Shown in pieces: positions 9,079 through 17,447 of a DNA stretch of 31,537 nucleotides. The translations under genes and the position numbers were made by a program. The stretch lies in contig DASUTZ010000048.1 of assembly GCA_036374295.1 (NCBI GenBank), positions 1 through 31,537 of the forward strand, given 5' to 3'. The notes beneath the pieces are model-generated. The model ran no database searches and was not told the origin of the DNA. It worked only from the letters and a program-made list of their open reading frames with translations. Positions within the stretch are counted from its first letter, which is position 1. Each line of letters begins with the position of its first letter. Source of the DNA: Actinomycetota bacterium. GTDB lineage: Bacteria; Actinomycetota; UBA4738; CALAEC01.

Positions 9079-9840
9079 TCAGGTGCCGAGCGCGCGCTCG
9101 CGCGCGGCCACGGCGAGCGCCGGCCGGTTCGTGGCCACGGCGGCGAGCCCGCGGGCGAACAGGCGCTCCATCTGTCCCTCTTCGTCCACGGTCCACGTGC
9201 CCACCTCGATACCCAGCCGGGCCGCGGCATCGAGCAGGTCGTCCCCACCGTGATCGAAGACCCCGGCGTGTGGGAGGAGCCAGCGATGGCCGTCCTCGTG
9301 AGCCAGGTCCAGCCCGAGCAGCTCGCCCCCCGGCAGAACGAGCAGTCCGGTGGGGACGTCCGGTGCCGCCTCCACAGCCGTGCGGAGGGTGGGCGGATCG
9401 AACGACGTGATCAGCCCGGCTCCCGGGAACCCCTCAAGCGCCTCCGTGACTGCCTCGACGATCTCGTCGCCCCCTGGCCGGTACGAGGGCTCGCCCGGCA
9501 GGTTCTTGATCTCCACGTCCACCCCCGTCCCCGTCCCCTCGAGCAGCTCGAGGACCTCTCCGAGCGTCGGGACCTCCTCCCGCGGTCCCCGCCCTCCCGA
9601 CGCATCGGCCTCCTTCACCTGGGCCAGCCGCACCTCATGCACCAGGCCCCGCGCGTCGGTGGTCCGCTCGAGCTCCGGGTCGTGCAGAACTACGACGGCG
9701 CCGTCGGCCGTGAGTCTCGCGTCGAGCTCCACGAGATCGGCGCCGACCTCCGCCGCCACGGCGAAGGCCGTCAGGGTGTTCTCCGGGTGATCGGCGGAGG
9801 CCCCACGGTGGGCGATCACCAGGGGGCGGCGGGGTTCCAC
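9079..9840 (-). CDS. Glycerophosphodiester phosphodiesterase
   Basis: VIAHRGAS, ENTLTAF, VELDARLTADG, VLHD, VEIK and TWTVD motifs. GTG start after GGAGGG. Confidence 0.92.
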   Translation of the reverse strand: MEPRRPLVIAHRGASADHPENTLTAFAVAAEVGADLVELDARLTADGAVVVLHDPELERTTDARGLVHEVRLAQVKEADASGGRGPREEVPTLGEVLELLEGTGTGVDVEIKNLPGEPSYRPGGDEIVEAVTEALEGFPGAGLITSFDPPTLRTAVEAAPDVPTGLLVLPGGELLGLDLAHEDGHRWLLPHAGVFDHGGDDLLDAAARLGIEVGTWTVDEEGQMERLFARGLAAVATNRPALAVAARERALGT

Positions 9841-9873
9841 GTCCGGCCCTCCGATGCGTACGAGAAATAGGTC

Positions 9874-9903
9874 TTTACACGAGCGGCAGACCGACACTAT
9901 ACT
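9874..9903 (+). promoter_or_regulatory. Putative housekeeping (SigA-type) promoter of whiB1
   Basis: TTTACA (9874-9879), N18, TATACT (9898-9903); an AT-rich patch in a very GC-rich background. Confidence 0.6.
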
Positions 9904-9941
9904 GCCGCACGCGCCGGCCGGGGCCTCTCTTCACCGGGCCT

Positions 9942-9957
9942 TGTGAAGCGCTTCACG
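9942..9957. promoter_or_regulatory. Palindromic operator-like site in the whiB1 leader
   Basis: Perfect 14-bp palindrome GTGAAGCGCTTCAC (9943-9956). It also reads TGTGA-N6-TCACG, close to the CRP/GlxR consensus. Confidence 0.55.
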
Positions 9958-9988
9958 AGACCGGGCCAAAGGCCCGGGAAGGGGACGG

Positions 9989-10246
9989 ATGGACTGGGTA
10001 CAGCGGGCGAGGTGCAGGGACGAGGACCCCGAGCTGTTCTTCCCCGTCGGGACCTCCGGTCCGGCTCTCGAGCAGATCGAGCGCGCTCGCGCCGTCTGTA
10101 TGCAGTGCGAAGTTCGTGAAGAGTGCCTCGAGTGGGCCCTGGCGTCCGGTCAGGACGCGGGGGTCTGGGGAGGCACCTCCGAGGAGGAGCGGAAGGCGAT
10201 GCGCCGCACCCGCCGTCTCGGGCCGCGGGTGCCGGTTCTGCGCTGA
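9989..10246 (+). CDS. whiB1: WhiB family Fe-S transcription regulator, WhiB1/WblE-like
   Basis: MDW...C.DEDPELFFPVG.SGPA...C..C.V...CL.WAL..GQD.GVWGG.SE.ER, with four Cys and GVWGG. Confidence 0.93.
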   Translation: MDWVQRARCRDEDPELFFPVGTSGPALEQIERARAVCMQCEVREECLEWALASGQDAGVWGGTSEEERKAMRRTRRLGPRVPVLR

Positions 10247-10251
10247 CCGCC

Positions 10252-10410
10252 GTGCGGGCCCTCCCCGAGCCCAACCACGAGCCGATCGGCTTCTCCCACG
10301 AGGTCTTCCCGACCTCTCGCCGGTGGCTGGGTCTGGCCCTGCTCATGATTCTGACAATTGCGACGGCCGTCGCCGCGGCCGTCCGGCTCGTCGGGATCGC
10401 GGATCCGTGA
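10252..10410 (+). CDS. Possible 52-aa single-TM small protein
   Basis: GTG 5 nt after the whiB1 stop; hydrophobic WLGLALLMILTIATAVAAAV stretch. No SD, and several AT-ending codons. Confidence 0.35.
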   Translation: MRALPEPNHEPIGFSHEVFPTSRRWLGLALLMILTIATAVAAAVRLVGIADP

Positions 10411-10444
10411 CCGTGGGTCCGCCGCGACCGAAGGAGGAGGGAAT

Positions 10445-11059
10445 GTGAATGCGCTCGCCCAAGCCCTGCCCATGCCCCGAGCCCGAGGCGCTCGACTCGC
10501 GTTCCAGGCCGCGTTGGCGATCGGCGGGAGCCTGCTGATCGCGGCACTGGCCCAGGTCTCGGTTCGGCTGCCGTTCACGCCGGTGCCCATCAGCGGACAG
10601 ACCCTCGGGGTGCTCCTCGTCGGCACCGCGTTCGGCTGGCTGCTCGGGGGGCTCACCCTGGCGCTGTACCTGGCCGAGATCGCCGTGGGGCTCCCGTTCG
10701 CCGCCGAGGGCAACGCGGGGTACGAGGTGCTGACCCTCGTCACCCCCAGCGGCGGGTACATCTGGGGGTTCCTTGCGGCCGCGATCCTGATGGGCTGGCT
10801 GGCCGGCCGAGGATGGGACCGCAGCATCCGCTCCTCGATCAGCGTGATGCTGCTGGGGCACATCGTCATCTACGTCGTGGGGATCGTGTGGCTCCATGCC
10901 TCACCGACGTTCGCCGCCTTCCTCGGCCACGAGCCGAGCGTCAAGGAGACCCTCACCGCCGGCCTCTACCCGTTCGTCGTGGGCGACGTCCTCAAGCTGC
11001 TGCTGGCGGCCGGCGCCCTGCCGCTCGCGTGGCGGCTCGTGGGGAGGCGCGGCGACTAG
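10445..11059 (+). CDS. bioY: Biotin transporter BioY
   Basis: PFTPVPISGQTLGVLLVG, YL..IAVGLP.FA, GGYIWGF and PFVVGDVLK motifs. AAGGAGG SD before the GTG. Confidence 0.92.
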   Translation: MNALAQALPMPRARGARLAFQAALAIGGSLLIAALAQVSVRLPFTPVPISGQTLGVLLVGTAFGWLLGGLTLALYLAEIAVGLPFAAEGNAGYEVLTLVTPSGGYIWGFLAAAILMGWLAGRGWDRSIRSSISVMLLGHIVIYVVGIVWLHASPTFAAFLGHEPSVKETLTAGLYPFVVGDVLKLLLAAGALPLAWRLVGRRGD

Positions 11060-11730
11060 ACCCGGCTCGCCGGGCAGAGGTGGCTGACGACGCAATCCTC
11101 GCACCGGGGTCGCTTCGCGTCGCAGATCCGTCGCCCGTGCTCGATCAGCATGTAGCTGAAACCGGACCAGTCGTCCCGCGGGAGCAGGGCCATCAGGTCG
11201 CGCTCGATCTTGTCGGGGTCTTTCTGTGAGGTGAGGCCCAGCCGCCCGGAGACGCGTTTCACGTGGGTGTCCACCGCGATGCCCGCGTCCGGGTCGTCCT
11301 TCGCCTTCTCCGGATAGGCGTTCCAGAGCACGATGTTCGCGGTCTTGCGCGCGACGCCGGGCAGCCGCACGAGGTCGTCCATCGAGTCGGGGACCTCGCC
11401 GCCGAACTCCTCCACGATCATCCGGCAAGCCCCGCGGACCGCCTTCGTCTTCTGGTTGAAGAACCCGGTCGGGCGGAGATCCTCCTTCAGCTCGTCATCG
11501 GGGACCTTCAGGTAGTCCTCGGCCGTCCGGTACTTCTGGAAGAGGGTCGCGGTCACCTCATTGATCTTCTTGTCGGTGGACTGCGCGGAGAGGATCGTCG
11601 CCACCAGGCACTCCAGGGGCGTCTCGAAGGCGAGGGCCACGCGGGCGCCCCGGTACTCGCGCTTGAGAAGATCGATCACCTCGGGGCCGCGTTCCGCGAG
11701 CGGCGACTCCCTGGTGAGGGCCCTCGCCAT
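11056..11730 (-). CDS. nth: Endonuclease III
   Basis: LVATILSAQSTD, HhH motif LPGVARKTANIV, AVDTHV, and the Fe-S loop C-x6-C-x2-C-x5-C (ICDAKRPRCEDCVVSHLC). Confidence 0.95.
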   Translation of the reverse strand: MARALTRESPLAERGPEVIDLLKREYRGARVALAFETPLECLVATILSAQSTDKKINEVTATLFQKYRTAEDYLKVPDDELKEDLRPTGFFNQKTKAVRGACRMIVEEFGGEVPDSMDDLVRLPGVARKTANIVLWNAYPEKAKDDPDAGIAVDTHVKRVSGRLGLTSQKDPDKIERDLMALLPRDDWSGFSYMLIEHGRRICDAKRPRCEDCVVSHLCPASRV

Positions 11731-12521
11731 CAGCGCCCGCGGAAGTCGGGGTCTCGCCGCTCGCGGAACGCGGCGATCCCCTCCTGAAGGTCCTCGCTCC
11801 CGAACGCGTGGGCGGCCATCATGTCGAAGTCGGCGACCCGGAACCCCTCGGCCTCGCGGTCGATCGAGAGACGAGAGAGCACCTGCCGGATCCCACGCTT
11901 CGAGGCCTGGACGGACAGCGGGGCGGCGTCCGCGATCTCCTCCGCGTAGAAAAGCGCGCGGTCGGGAAGGTCCTCCGGCGGGACCGCCTCGCCGACCAGG
12001 CCCCAGTCGGCCGCCTCCTGGCCGGAGATCGTCCTCGTCCCCAGCAGCAGGGCGCCTGCGCGCTTGGGCCCGACCGCGAGCACGAGCCGCTGGATGTTCT
12101 CGTACCCGACGACCACCCCGAGACGCCCAGAGGGGATGCCGAACGTGGCGTCGACGGCGGCGATCCCCAGGTCGCAGGCCACGACGAGCTGGCATCCCGC
12201 GCCGAGCGCGCTCCCCTGCACCACCGCCAGGGCAGGAACGGGGAGGTCCTCGATCGAGCGCATGACCTCCTCGAGGGCGCGGCCGTAGTCGATGCCGTCG
12301 GGTCCCTCCGTGGCGCGGGCCAGCTCGTCGATGTCGGCGCCTGCGCAGAAGTGCCGTCCCTCCCCCGAGAGCAGAACGACCCGGGCGTCCCGGTCGGCGG
12401 CGGCATCGCCCAGCGCCCGCATCAGCTCTCCCAGCATCGCCGCGTTCACGGCGTTGCTTTGGTCCGGGCGCGCCAGGGTGATCCGCCAGATGCGCCCCGG
12501 CTGGGTTCGGACGAGCGTCAT
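11730..12521 (-). CDS. Enoyl-CoA hydratase/isomerase family protein
   Basis: FCAGADI, GSALGAGCQLVVACD, ISGQEAADWGLV and EGIAAFRERRDPDF motifs. Confidence 0.92.
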   Translation of the reverse strand: MTLVRTQPGRIWRITLARPDQSNAVNAAMLGELMRALGDAAADRDARVVLLSGEGRHFCAGADIDELARATEGPDGIDYGRALEEVMRSIEDLPVPALAVVQGSALGAGCQLVVACDLGIAAVDATFGIPSGRLGVVVGYENIQRLVLAVGPKRAGALLLGTRTISGQEAADWGLVGEAVPPEDLPDRALFYAEEIADAAPLSVQASKRGIRQVLSRLSIDREAEGFRVADFDMMAAHAFGSEDLQEGIAAFRERRDPDFRGR

Positions 12522-12552
12522 GCGGCCATGCTAGCGCGGCCCGCACGGGTGG

Positions 12553-13176
12553 TCAGCCGAAGGTGAGCACGAGGGCGGGGCCGTCGGGGCCCGACTCCCG
12601 GCTGTCGTAGGCCTGCTCGAAGCCCTGCCCGCCCGAGCCCTCGACCTGGTCCCTCAGCATGAAGCCGTGGTTCCCCGAGGCGTACATCTCGAGGACCTGC
12701 TGGAGCACCGGCCACTCCCGCCAGCCCGTTCCCGAGGGGCTCGAGGCGGGCGACCCCGAGGTGGCCGGCTGGTTCGCCCAGGTCACGCCGCCCTCGGTCC
12801 AGCTCGAGGCCGCGCGGTACGCGAGGATCGTCCGGGCGCCGGTCGAGGACGTGGCGTGCAGCCGCAGCCTGGCGTCGGTCAGGGCGCACCCCGCCGGCAC
12901 CGGAGGCAGATCGAAGGCCACGAACGTCCGCCGGTCCTGAGCCCGGGAGACGACGGAGAGCTCGGCCTCCCCACCGTGGTTGGTGCCGGAGGGATTCGTG
13001 ACGACCCAGGCGTCGCCGATGGCGGCGAGCGTCTGGGCCCCGCAGAAGGAAGGGGCGGCTTGGAAGGTGTTGGCGGGGTTCTCCGTGACCGTGGAGAACG
13101 CGGCGGTCGTCGAGCCGAGGAGCGCCGCGACCAGGATCCCGACCCCCGCGGCCAGCAGACGCGACGCTCCGCGCAC
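12553..13176 (-). CDS. Secreted protein with SipW-class signal and DNRLRE (CBM96-like) domain
   Basis: TTAAFSTVTENPANTFQA after the hydrophobic leader. Domain motifs: DAWV, N(H)G, RRTFVAFDL, ARLRL, WTEGGVTWANQP, NHGFMLR, SRE...PALVLTF. Confidence 0.8.
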   Translation of the reverse strand: MRGASRLLAAGVGILVAALLGSTTAAFSTVTENPANTFQAAPSFCGAQTLAAIGDAWVVTNPSGTNHGGEAELSVVSRAQDRRTFVAFDLPPVPAGCALTDARLRLHATSSTGARTILAYRAASSWTEGGVTWANQPATSGSPASSPSGTGWREWPVLQQVLEMYASGNHGFMLRDQVEGSGGQGFEQAYDSRESGPDGPALVLTFG

Positions 13177-13188
13177 GGCCCCTCACCC

Positions 13189-13698
13189 TCACCAGACGCG
13201 TCGGAGGAGCGCCCCACCGACCAGGATCGAGCCCCCGACGAGGAGCACGACCCGCACGGTCGCGGAGCCCAGCCAGTGGAGGGGGTATCCGACCATCGGG
13301 ATCGCGGACCGAACCACCCCGATCGTGCCCTCCGCTCCGACCGACCAGCGTTCCTGGCCGGTGTTGGCGTCGCCCCTGGTGACGAAGTCGTAGCGGCCGT
13401 GCCGCCGCTCGACGCTCACCACCCGGTGCGTGACCAGGCTGCCCTCCCTCGTGGCGTCGCGGAACGTGACGACGTCTCCGGGGGCGACCTCGCCCGGCCT
13501 CACGGTCTTGACCACGACCACGTCCCCGGTCCCGATCGCCGGCTCCATGCTCCCGCTCCGCACAACCAGGAATCGGAACCCGGCCACCATCATCGTCACC
13601 ATCACGAAGAGGAGAATCGTGAGCGTCCCCAGGACGACGAGCGAGACCCCGGGGATCCGGGGCCTCGCGCTCGCCCGAGCCTGGAGCGTGGCGTCCAT
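13189..13698 (-). CDS. sipW: Signal peptidase I, SipW (ER/archaeal type)
   Basis: VRSGSMEP (catalytic Ser), GDVVTF, VTHRVV (catalytic His) and TRGDAN; N- and C-terminal TM helices. Shares base 13698 with the upstream stop codon. Confidence 0.9.
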   Translation of the reverse strand: MDATLQARASARPRIPGVSLVVLGTLTILLFVMVTMMVAGFRFLVVRSGSMEPAIGTGDVVVVKTVRPGEVAPGDVVTFRDATREGSLVTHRVVSVERRHGRYDFVTRGDANTGQERWSVGAEGTIGVVRSAIPMVGYPLHWLGSATVRVVLLVGGSILVGGALLRRVW

Positions 13699-14303
13699 CA
13701 GGTGTTCCGAGCCTCCCAGGTGAAGCTCTGGGTCGCGTTCAGCCCCTGGGCTCCGCCGTCGTCCTGCACGGAGACCTCGAAGCGGTAGGCCCGCGACTCG
13801 CCGCTCGTCCACGACCCGTCGGGATCGACGAGCGCTGCGCCGTAGGCATCCGGGTAGCCCGCCATCGTCCCCGAATAGATCAGGCCGCCGCCCCCGTCGG
13901 GCGTGAAGCCCGCGCACGAGTCGAACGACGGCCCGGCGATCATCCCCCGGGTCACGGTGAGATCGAGGTACTGATCGAGCCCGGTGCCGCCGGTGGTGCC
14001 GTACAGCCGAACGGTGGCCGGCAGCGTGCCCGTGTAGGTCACCACGATGCAGGCGGTGTCCGAGTCGCCCGGCCTCGCGTTGGCCAGGGACAGCATCGCG
14101 GTTCCGCTGTCGTCGTCCGTGATGGAGACGGTCCCCGCGTCGAAGGCGTTCCCGGGGTTCTCCGTGGTCGCGCTGAAGGCTGACAAGGTCCCGAGGCCCA
14201 CCACGGCGCCGAGGAGTGCCAGGATGAGCATCGTCAGGCCGATCTTCGCCCCCGTGCGCCTCTCTCGCCGTCCCGCGGCGGGCGATGCGTGTGCGTCGGT
14301 CAT
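13698..14303 (-). CDS. TasA/CalY-like SipW-dependent secreted protein (putative pilin/fibre subunit, 201 aa)
   Basis: GGGAGG SD. Basic N-region plus hydrophobic leader, then GTLSAFSATTENPGNAFDAGTVSI, PGDS, and a C-terminal QGLNATQSFTWEA strand. Adjacent to sipW. Confidence 0.82.
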   Translation of the reverse strand: MTDAHASPAAGRRERRTGAKIGLTMLILALLGAVVGLGTLSAFSATTENPGNAFDAGTVSITDDDSGTAMLSLANARPGDSDTACIVVTYTGTLPATVRLYGTTGGTGLDQYLDLTVTRGMIAGPSFDSCAGFTPDGGGGLIYSGTMAGYPDAYGAALVDPDGSWTSGESRAYRFEVSVQDDGGAQGLNATQSFTWEARNT

Positions 14304-14440
14304 CCTCTTCCTCCCGATCGTGCGAACCGATGCGGGTCCGCGCTTCCACAAGGGATATCGGAGGGGGAGCAAGCCGCTTGATGACGAAGCGGGAGGGTTC
14401 TCGGGAGTGGTTGTCCTGTCGGGCGGATGGGGGACGCCCT

Positions 14441-15178
14441 CTAGGGCTGTGACCCGACGGAAACGCCTCGTCCGGAATCGGCCGAGTCGAGGGCGGCCCG
14501 GAGGGCCGCGACGAGGTCGCGCAGGCCCTCCGGGCCGCCCTCCTCCACCGCCTCGACCGCCCGGCTGCCCACGACCACGCCGTCGGCGAGCCGCGCGGCG
14601 GCCGCGGCGTGTGCGGGGGAAGCGATCCCGAACCCGGCCAGGAGCGGGAGCGCCGTCACCGCCCTGGCCCGCCTGATCAGGTCGGGGAGGAGGGGCGGCG
14701 CCTCCCCCCGGGGCCCGGTGGTGCCCGCCACGCTCACCAGGTACAGCCAGCCGTCGGTGCGTCCGGACGCGAGGCGGATCCGCGTCGTCGGCGTCGTCGG
14801 CGCCACGAGGTGCACCCGCCTGAGCTCGGGCATGGCGTCGGAGGGCAGGTCGGCCACGATGAGGCTCGACGCACCCGCCTCGAGGGCTTCCGCCGCGAAT
14901 CGGTCCCAGCCGTAGGCCTCGAGCACCGCCGAGTACGTCATCGGGACCAGCGGGACCTCCACCCGCCGCCGGGCCCGGGACAACGCCTCCAGGCACGCAG
15001 CCGGGCCCATCCCCTCGGCCAGCGCGCGCTCCCCTGCCCGGCGGATCACCGGACCGTCGGCGAGTGGGTCCGAGTGGGGGAAGCCGACCTCGACGAGGTC
15101 TGCCCCCGCCTCCACCGCGGCCTCGACCAGGCCCGGGAGGCCCCGCGACGCCATCAGGTAGATCGCGAGCGTGCTCAT
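14441..15178 (-). CDS. trpA: Tryptophan synthase alpha subunit
   Basis: [39 protein letters not shown] and DGVVVGS motifs. Confidence 0.95.
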   Translation of the reverse strand: MSTLAIYLMASRGLPGLVEAAVEAGADLVEVGFPHSDPLADGPVIRRAGERALAEGMGPAACLEALSRARRRVEVPLVPMTYSAVLEAYGWDRFAAEALEAGASSLIVADLPSDAMPELRRVHLVAPTTPTTRIRLASGRTDGWLYLVSVAGTTGPRGEAPPLLPDLIRRARAVTALPLLAGFGIASPAHAAAAARLADGVVVGSRAVEAVEEGGPEGLRDLVAALRAALDSADSGRGVSVGSQP

Positions 15179-16287
15179 CCCAGCACCGTTCCCAGCTCCT
15201 TGTCCCCGCGGCCGGAGAGGCCGACGACGACGAGCTGGGCATCCAGCTCCAGCGCCCGGGCGATCGCGTGCGCGGGCTCCAGCGCGGGGATGATGCCCTC
15301 GGCCCGCGACAGGAGCCGGAACGCCTCCAGAGCTTCCTCGTCCGAGGCCGTCACGTACTCGACCCGGCCCGACTCGCGCAGCCGGGCGTGCTCGGGCCCC
15401 ACTCCCGGATAGTCGAGGCCCGCGGAGATCGAACGCGCATCGTGGATCTGCCCATCCTCGTCGGCGAGCGCGTAGGAGCGCGCGCCGTGCAGCACGGCGG
15501 GCCTGCCCCGGGTGAGGCTCGCCGCCCCCTCGGCCTCGACGCCGATCAGGCGCACGCCGGGATCGTCCACGAAGGCCCGGAAGAGGCCGATGGCGTTCGA
15601 CCCTCCCCCCACGCAGGCCACGACCACATCGGGGAGGCGGCCCTCCGCGGCCAGGATCTGCTCCCTCGCCTCCCTGCCGATCACCTCCTGGAGCGTGGCC
15701 ACGAGGTCAGGGTAGGGCTCGGGCCCGACGCAGGAGCCGAGGAGGTAGTGCGTGTCGTCCACGTGCTCGATCCAATCCCTGATCGCCTCCGAGACGGCCT
15801 CGCGGAGCGTCCGGGTCCCGAACGAGACGAGCCGCACCTCCGCGCCGAGGAGCCGCATCCGCTCCACGTTGGGGTGCTGACGGCGCGCGTCCTCCTGGCC
15901 CATGTAGACGACGCAGTCCAGGCCGAGAAGGGCGCACACGGCAGCGGCCGCCACGCCGTGCTGGCCCGCGCCCGTCTCGGCCACGACGCGCCGCTTCCCC
16001 AACCGCCGGGCGAGGAGGCCCTGCCCCAGCGCGTTGTTCAGCTTGTGCGCCCCCGTGTGTAGGAGGTCCTCCCGCTTCAGGTAGAGGCGCCGCTCCGGGG
16101 CGAGACGCTCGGCCGGGAACAGGGGCGTGGGTCGACCCCCGTACGTTCGTCCCAGCCGGTCCAGCTCCTGCCGGAACCCGGGGTCGGCCCTCGCCTCCTC
16201 CCAGGCCTCCGCCAGCTCGTCCAACGCGGGGATCAGCGTCTCGGGGACGAAGCGACCGCCGAACCCCCGACCGATCCCGACGCGCAT
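15175..16287 (-). CDS. trpB: Tryptophan synthase beta subunit
   Basis: [26 protein letters not shown] (PLP Lys), [28 protein letters not shown] and LSGRGDK motifs. Confidence 0.96.
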   Translation of the reverse strand: MRVGIGRGFGGRFVPETLIPALDELAEAWEEARADPGFRQELDRLGRTYGGRPTPLFPAERLAPERRLYLKREDLLHTGAHKLNNALGQGLLARRLGKRRVVAETGAGQHGVAAAAVCALLGLDCVVYMGQEDARRQHPNVERMRLLGAEVRLVSFGTRTLREAVSEAIRDWIEHVDDTHYLLGSCVGPEPYPDLVATLQEVIGREAREQILAAEGRLPDVVVACVGGGSNAIGLFRAFVDDPGVRLIGVEAEGAASLTRGRPAVLHGARSYALADEDGQIHDARSISAGLDYPGVGPEHARLRESGRVEYVTASDEEALEAFRLLSRAEGIIPALEPAHAIARALELDAQLVVVGLSGRGDKELGTVLG

Positions 16288-17447
16288 CACGACGCCGCCT
16301 CCCGAGCCCTGGCCACGAACGCGCGGATCGTCCCGGGATCCTTGATCCCCGGCGCGGACTCGAGGCCGCGACTGGCGTCGACGGCCCAGGGCCGTACCAT
16401 GCGGACGGCCGCGGCCACGTTCCCGGGTGTCAGCCCTCCCGCCAGCATCACGCGACCCGGCACGCGGGCCGCGCGACCGAGGTGGGCCGGGTCGTCGCCT
16501 GTCCAGGGCAGGTCCGGGACTCGGGCGACGACCCGGCCACGTCGCAGGAGGAGGCCGTCGCGGCCCCGGTGGCCCTCCTCGGACGCATAGGCCTGCACGA
16601 GATCCGTGCCGATGGGGCGCGTGGCTCCCACGACGACGCCCACCGAGAGCATCTCGTCGGGGACATCGAGCGGCCGCCCCACCCTGCGCGGGCTCTCGGC
16701 CAGGACGAACCCAGCCATGTCCGCGCCGGCCTCGGCCGCGGCGGCCACGTCCTCGTCCCGGGTGAGCCCGCACACCTTGACGAGGGGGCGGGCGATGAGC
16801 TCACGCAGCTTGGCCGCGGGGTCGGGAGCGCGCATCAGGGCCGTGCCCACCAGGATCGCGTCGGCGCCCGCCAGCTCGGCCTCGGCGCCCTGCGCGCGGC
16901 TCGTGACGCCAGACTCGGCCACCACGACGCCTCCGCGCGCCCGCACGACGAGGCCGAGCTGGCGGGCGCGGTCCACGCGGAAGGTGGAGAGGTCCCGGGC
17001 GTTGACCCCGATCGGGTCGGCCCCGAGCCCGGCCGCCCGCCCCAGCTCGTCCCCATCGTGCGCCTCCACGAGCGTTTCCAGCCCCATCTCCTCGGCCCGG
17101 GCCATCAGCCGGCGCGTCGCCCGATCGTCCAGATCGCGCAGCAGGAGGAGGGCGGCGTCGGCGCCCGCCCGGCGCACCGCCTCCAACTCCTCCTCGGTGC
17201 GGAAGAACCCCTTGGCCAGGATGGGCAGGTCCGTGGCGGCTCGGGCGGCGCGGAGGTCCCCAAGGGATCCTGCGAAGCGTTCGTCCACGAGGACGGACAG
17301 CGCCACCGCCCCCGCGCGCTCGAAGGCGCGGGCGAGCCGGGGGACGTCCGCGTCCGGCCGCAGATCGCCGGCCGAGGGGGAGCGCCGCTTGATCTCGGCG
17401 ATCGCGGAGAGGCCCGGGGTCGAGAGCGCGTGGCGGAACCGCCTCAC
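16287..17447 (-). CDS. trpCF: Bifunctional indole-3-glycerol-phosphate synthase / phosphoribosylanthranilate isomerase (TrpC-TrpF fusion), 386 aa
   Basis: N half: [40 protein letters not shown] half: [30 protein letters not shown] overlap with trpD. Confidence 0.92.
   Translation of the reverse strand: MRRFRHALSTPGLSAIAEIKRRSPSAGDLRPDADVPRLARAFERAGAVALSVLVDERFAGSLGDLRAARAATDLPILAKGFFRTEEELEAVRRAGADAALLLLRDLDDRATRRLMARAEEMGLETLVEAHDGDELGRAAGLGADPIGVNARDLSTFRVDRARQLGLVVRARGGVVVAESGVTSRAQGAEAELAGADAILVGTALMRAPDPAAKLRELIARPLVKVCGLTRDEDVAAAAEAGADMAGFVLAESPRRVGRPLDVPDEMLSVGVVVGATRPIGTDLVQAYASEEGHRGRDGLLLRRGRVVARVPDLPWTGDDPAHLGRAARVPGRVMLAGGLTPGNVAAAVRMVRPWAVDASRGLESAPGIKDPGTIRAFVARAREAAS

Noticed and set aside
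9943-9977. ANTAR dual-hairpin RNA motif in the whiB1 leader (GUGA-AGCGCU-UCAC has A1/G4 in the loop)
   Set aside because: No second hexaloop hairpin with A1/G4 nearby, and no ANTAR or PdtaS gene in the window.
14304-14440. Possible c-di-GMP or c-di-AMP riboswitch upstream of the TasA-like gene
   Set aside because: No GEMM or ydaO consensus elements seen. Only a short CCGCTT-N7-AAGCGG hairpin without a U-tract, too weak to call even as a terminator.
13698-15242. Long 514-aa and 386-aa ORFs suggesting larger pilin or SipW proteins
   Set aside because: The upstream extensions are off-frame readings of trpA and the pilin gene; good starts exist at 14303 and 13698.
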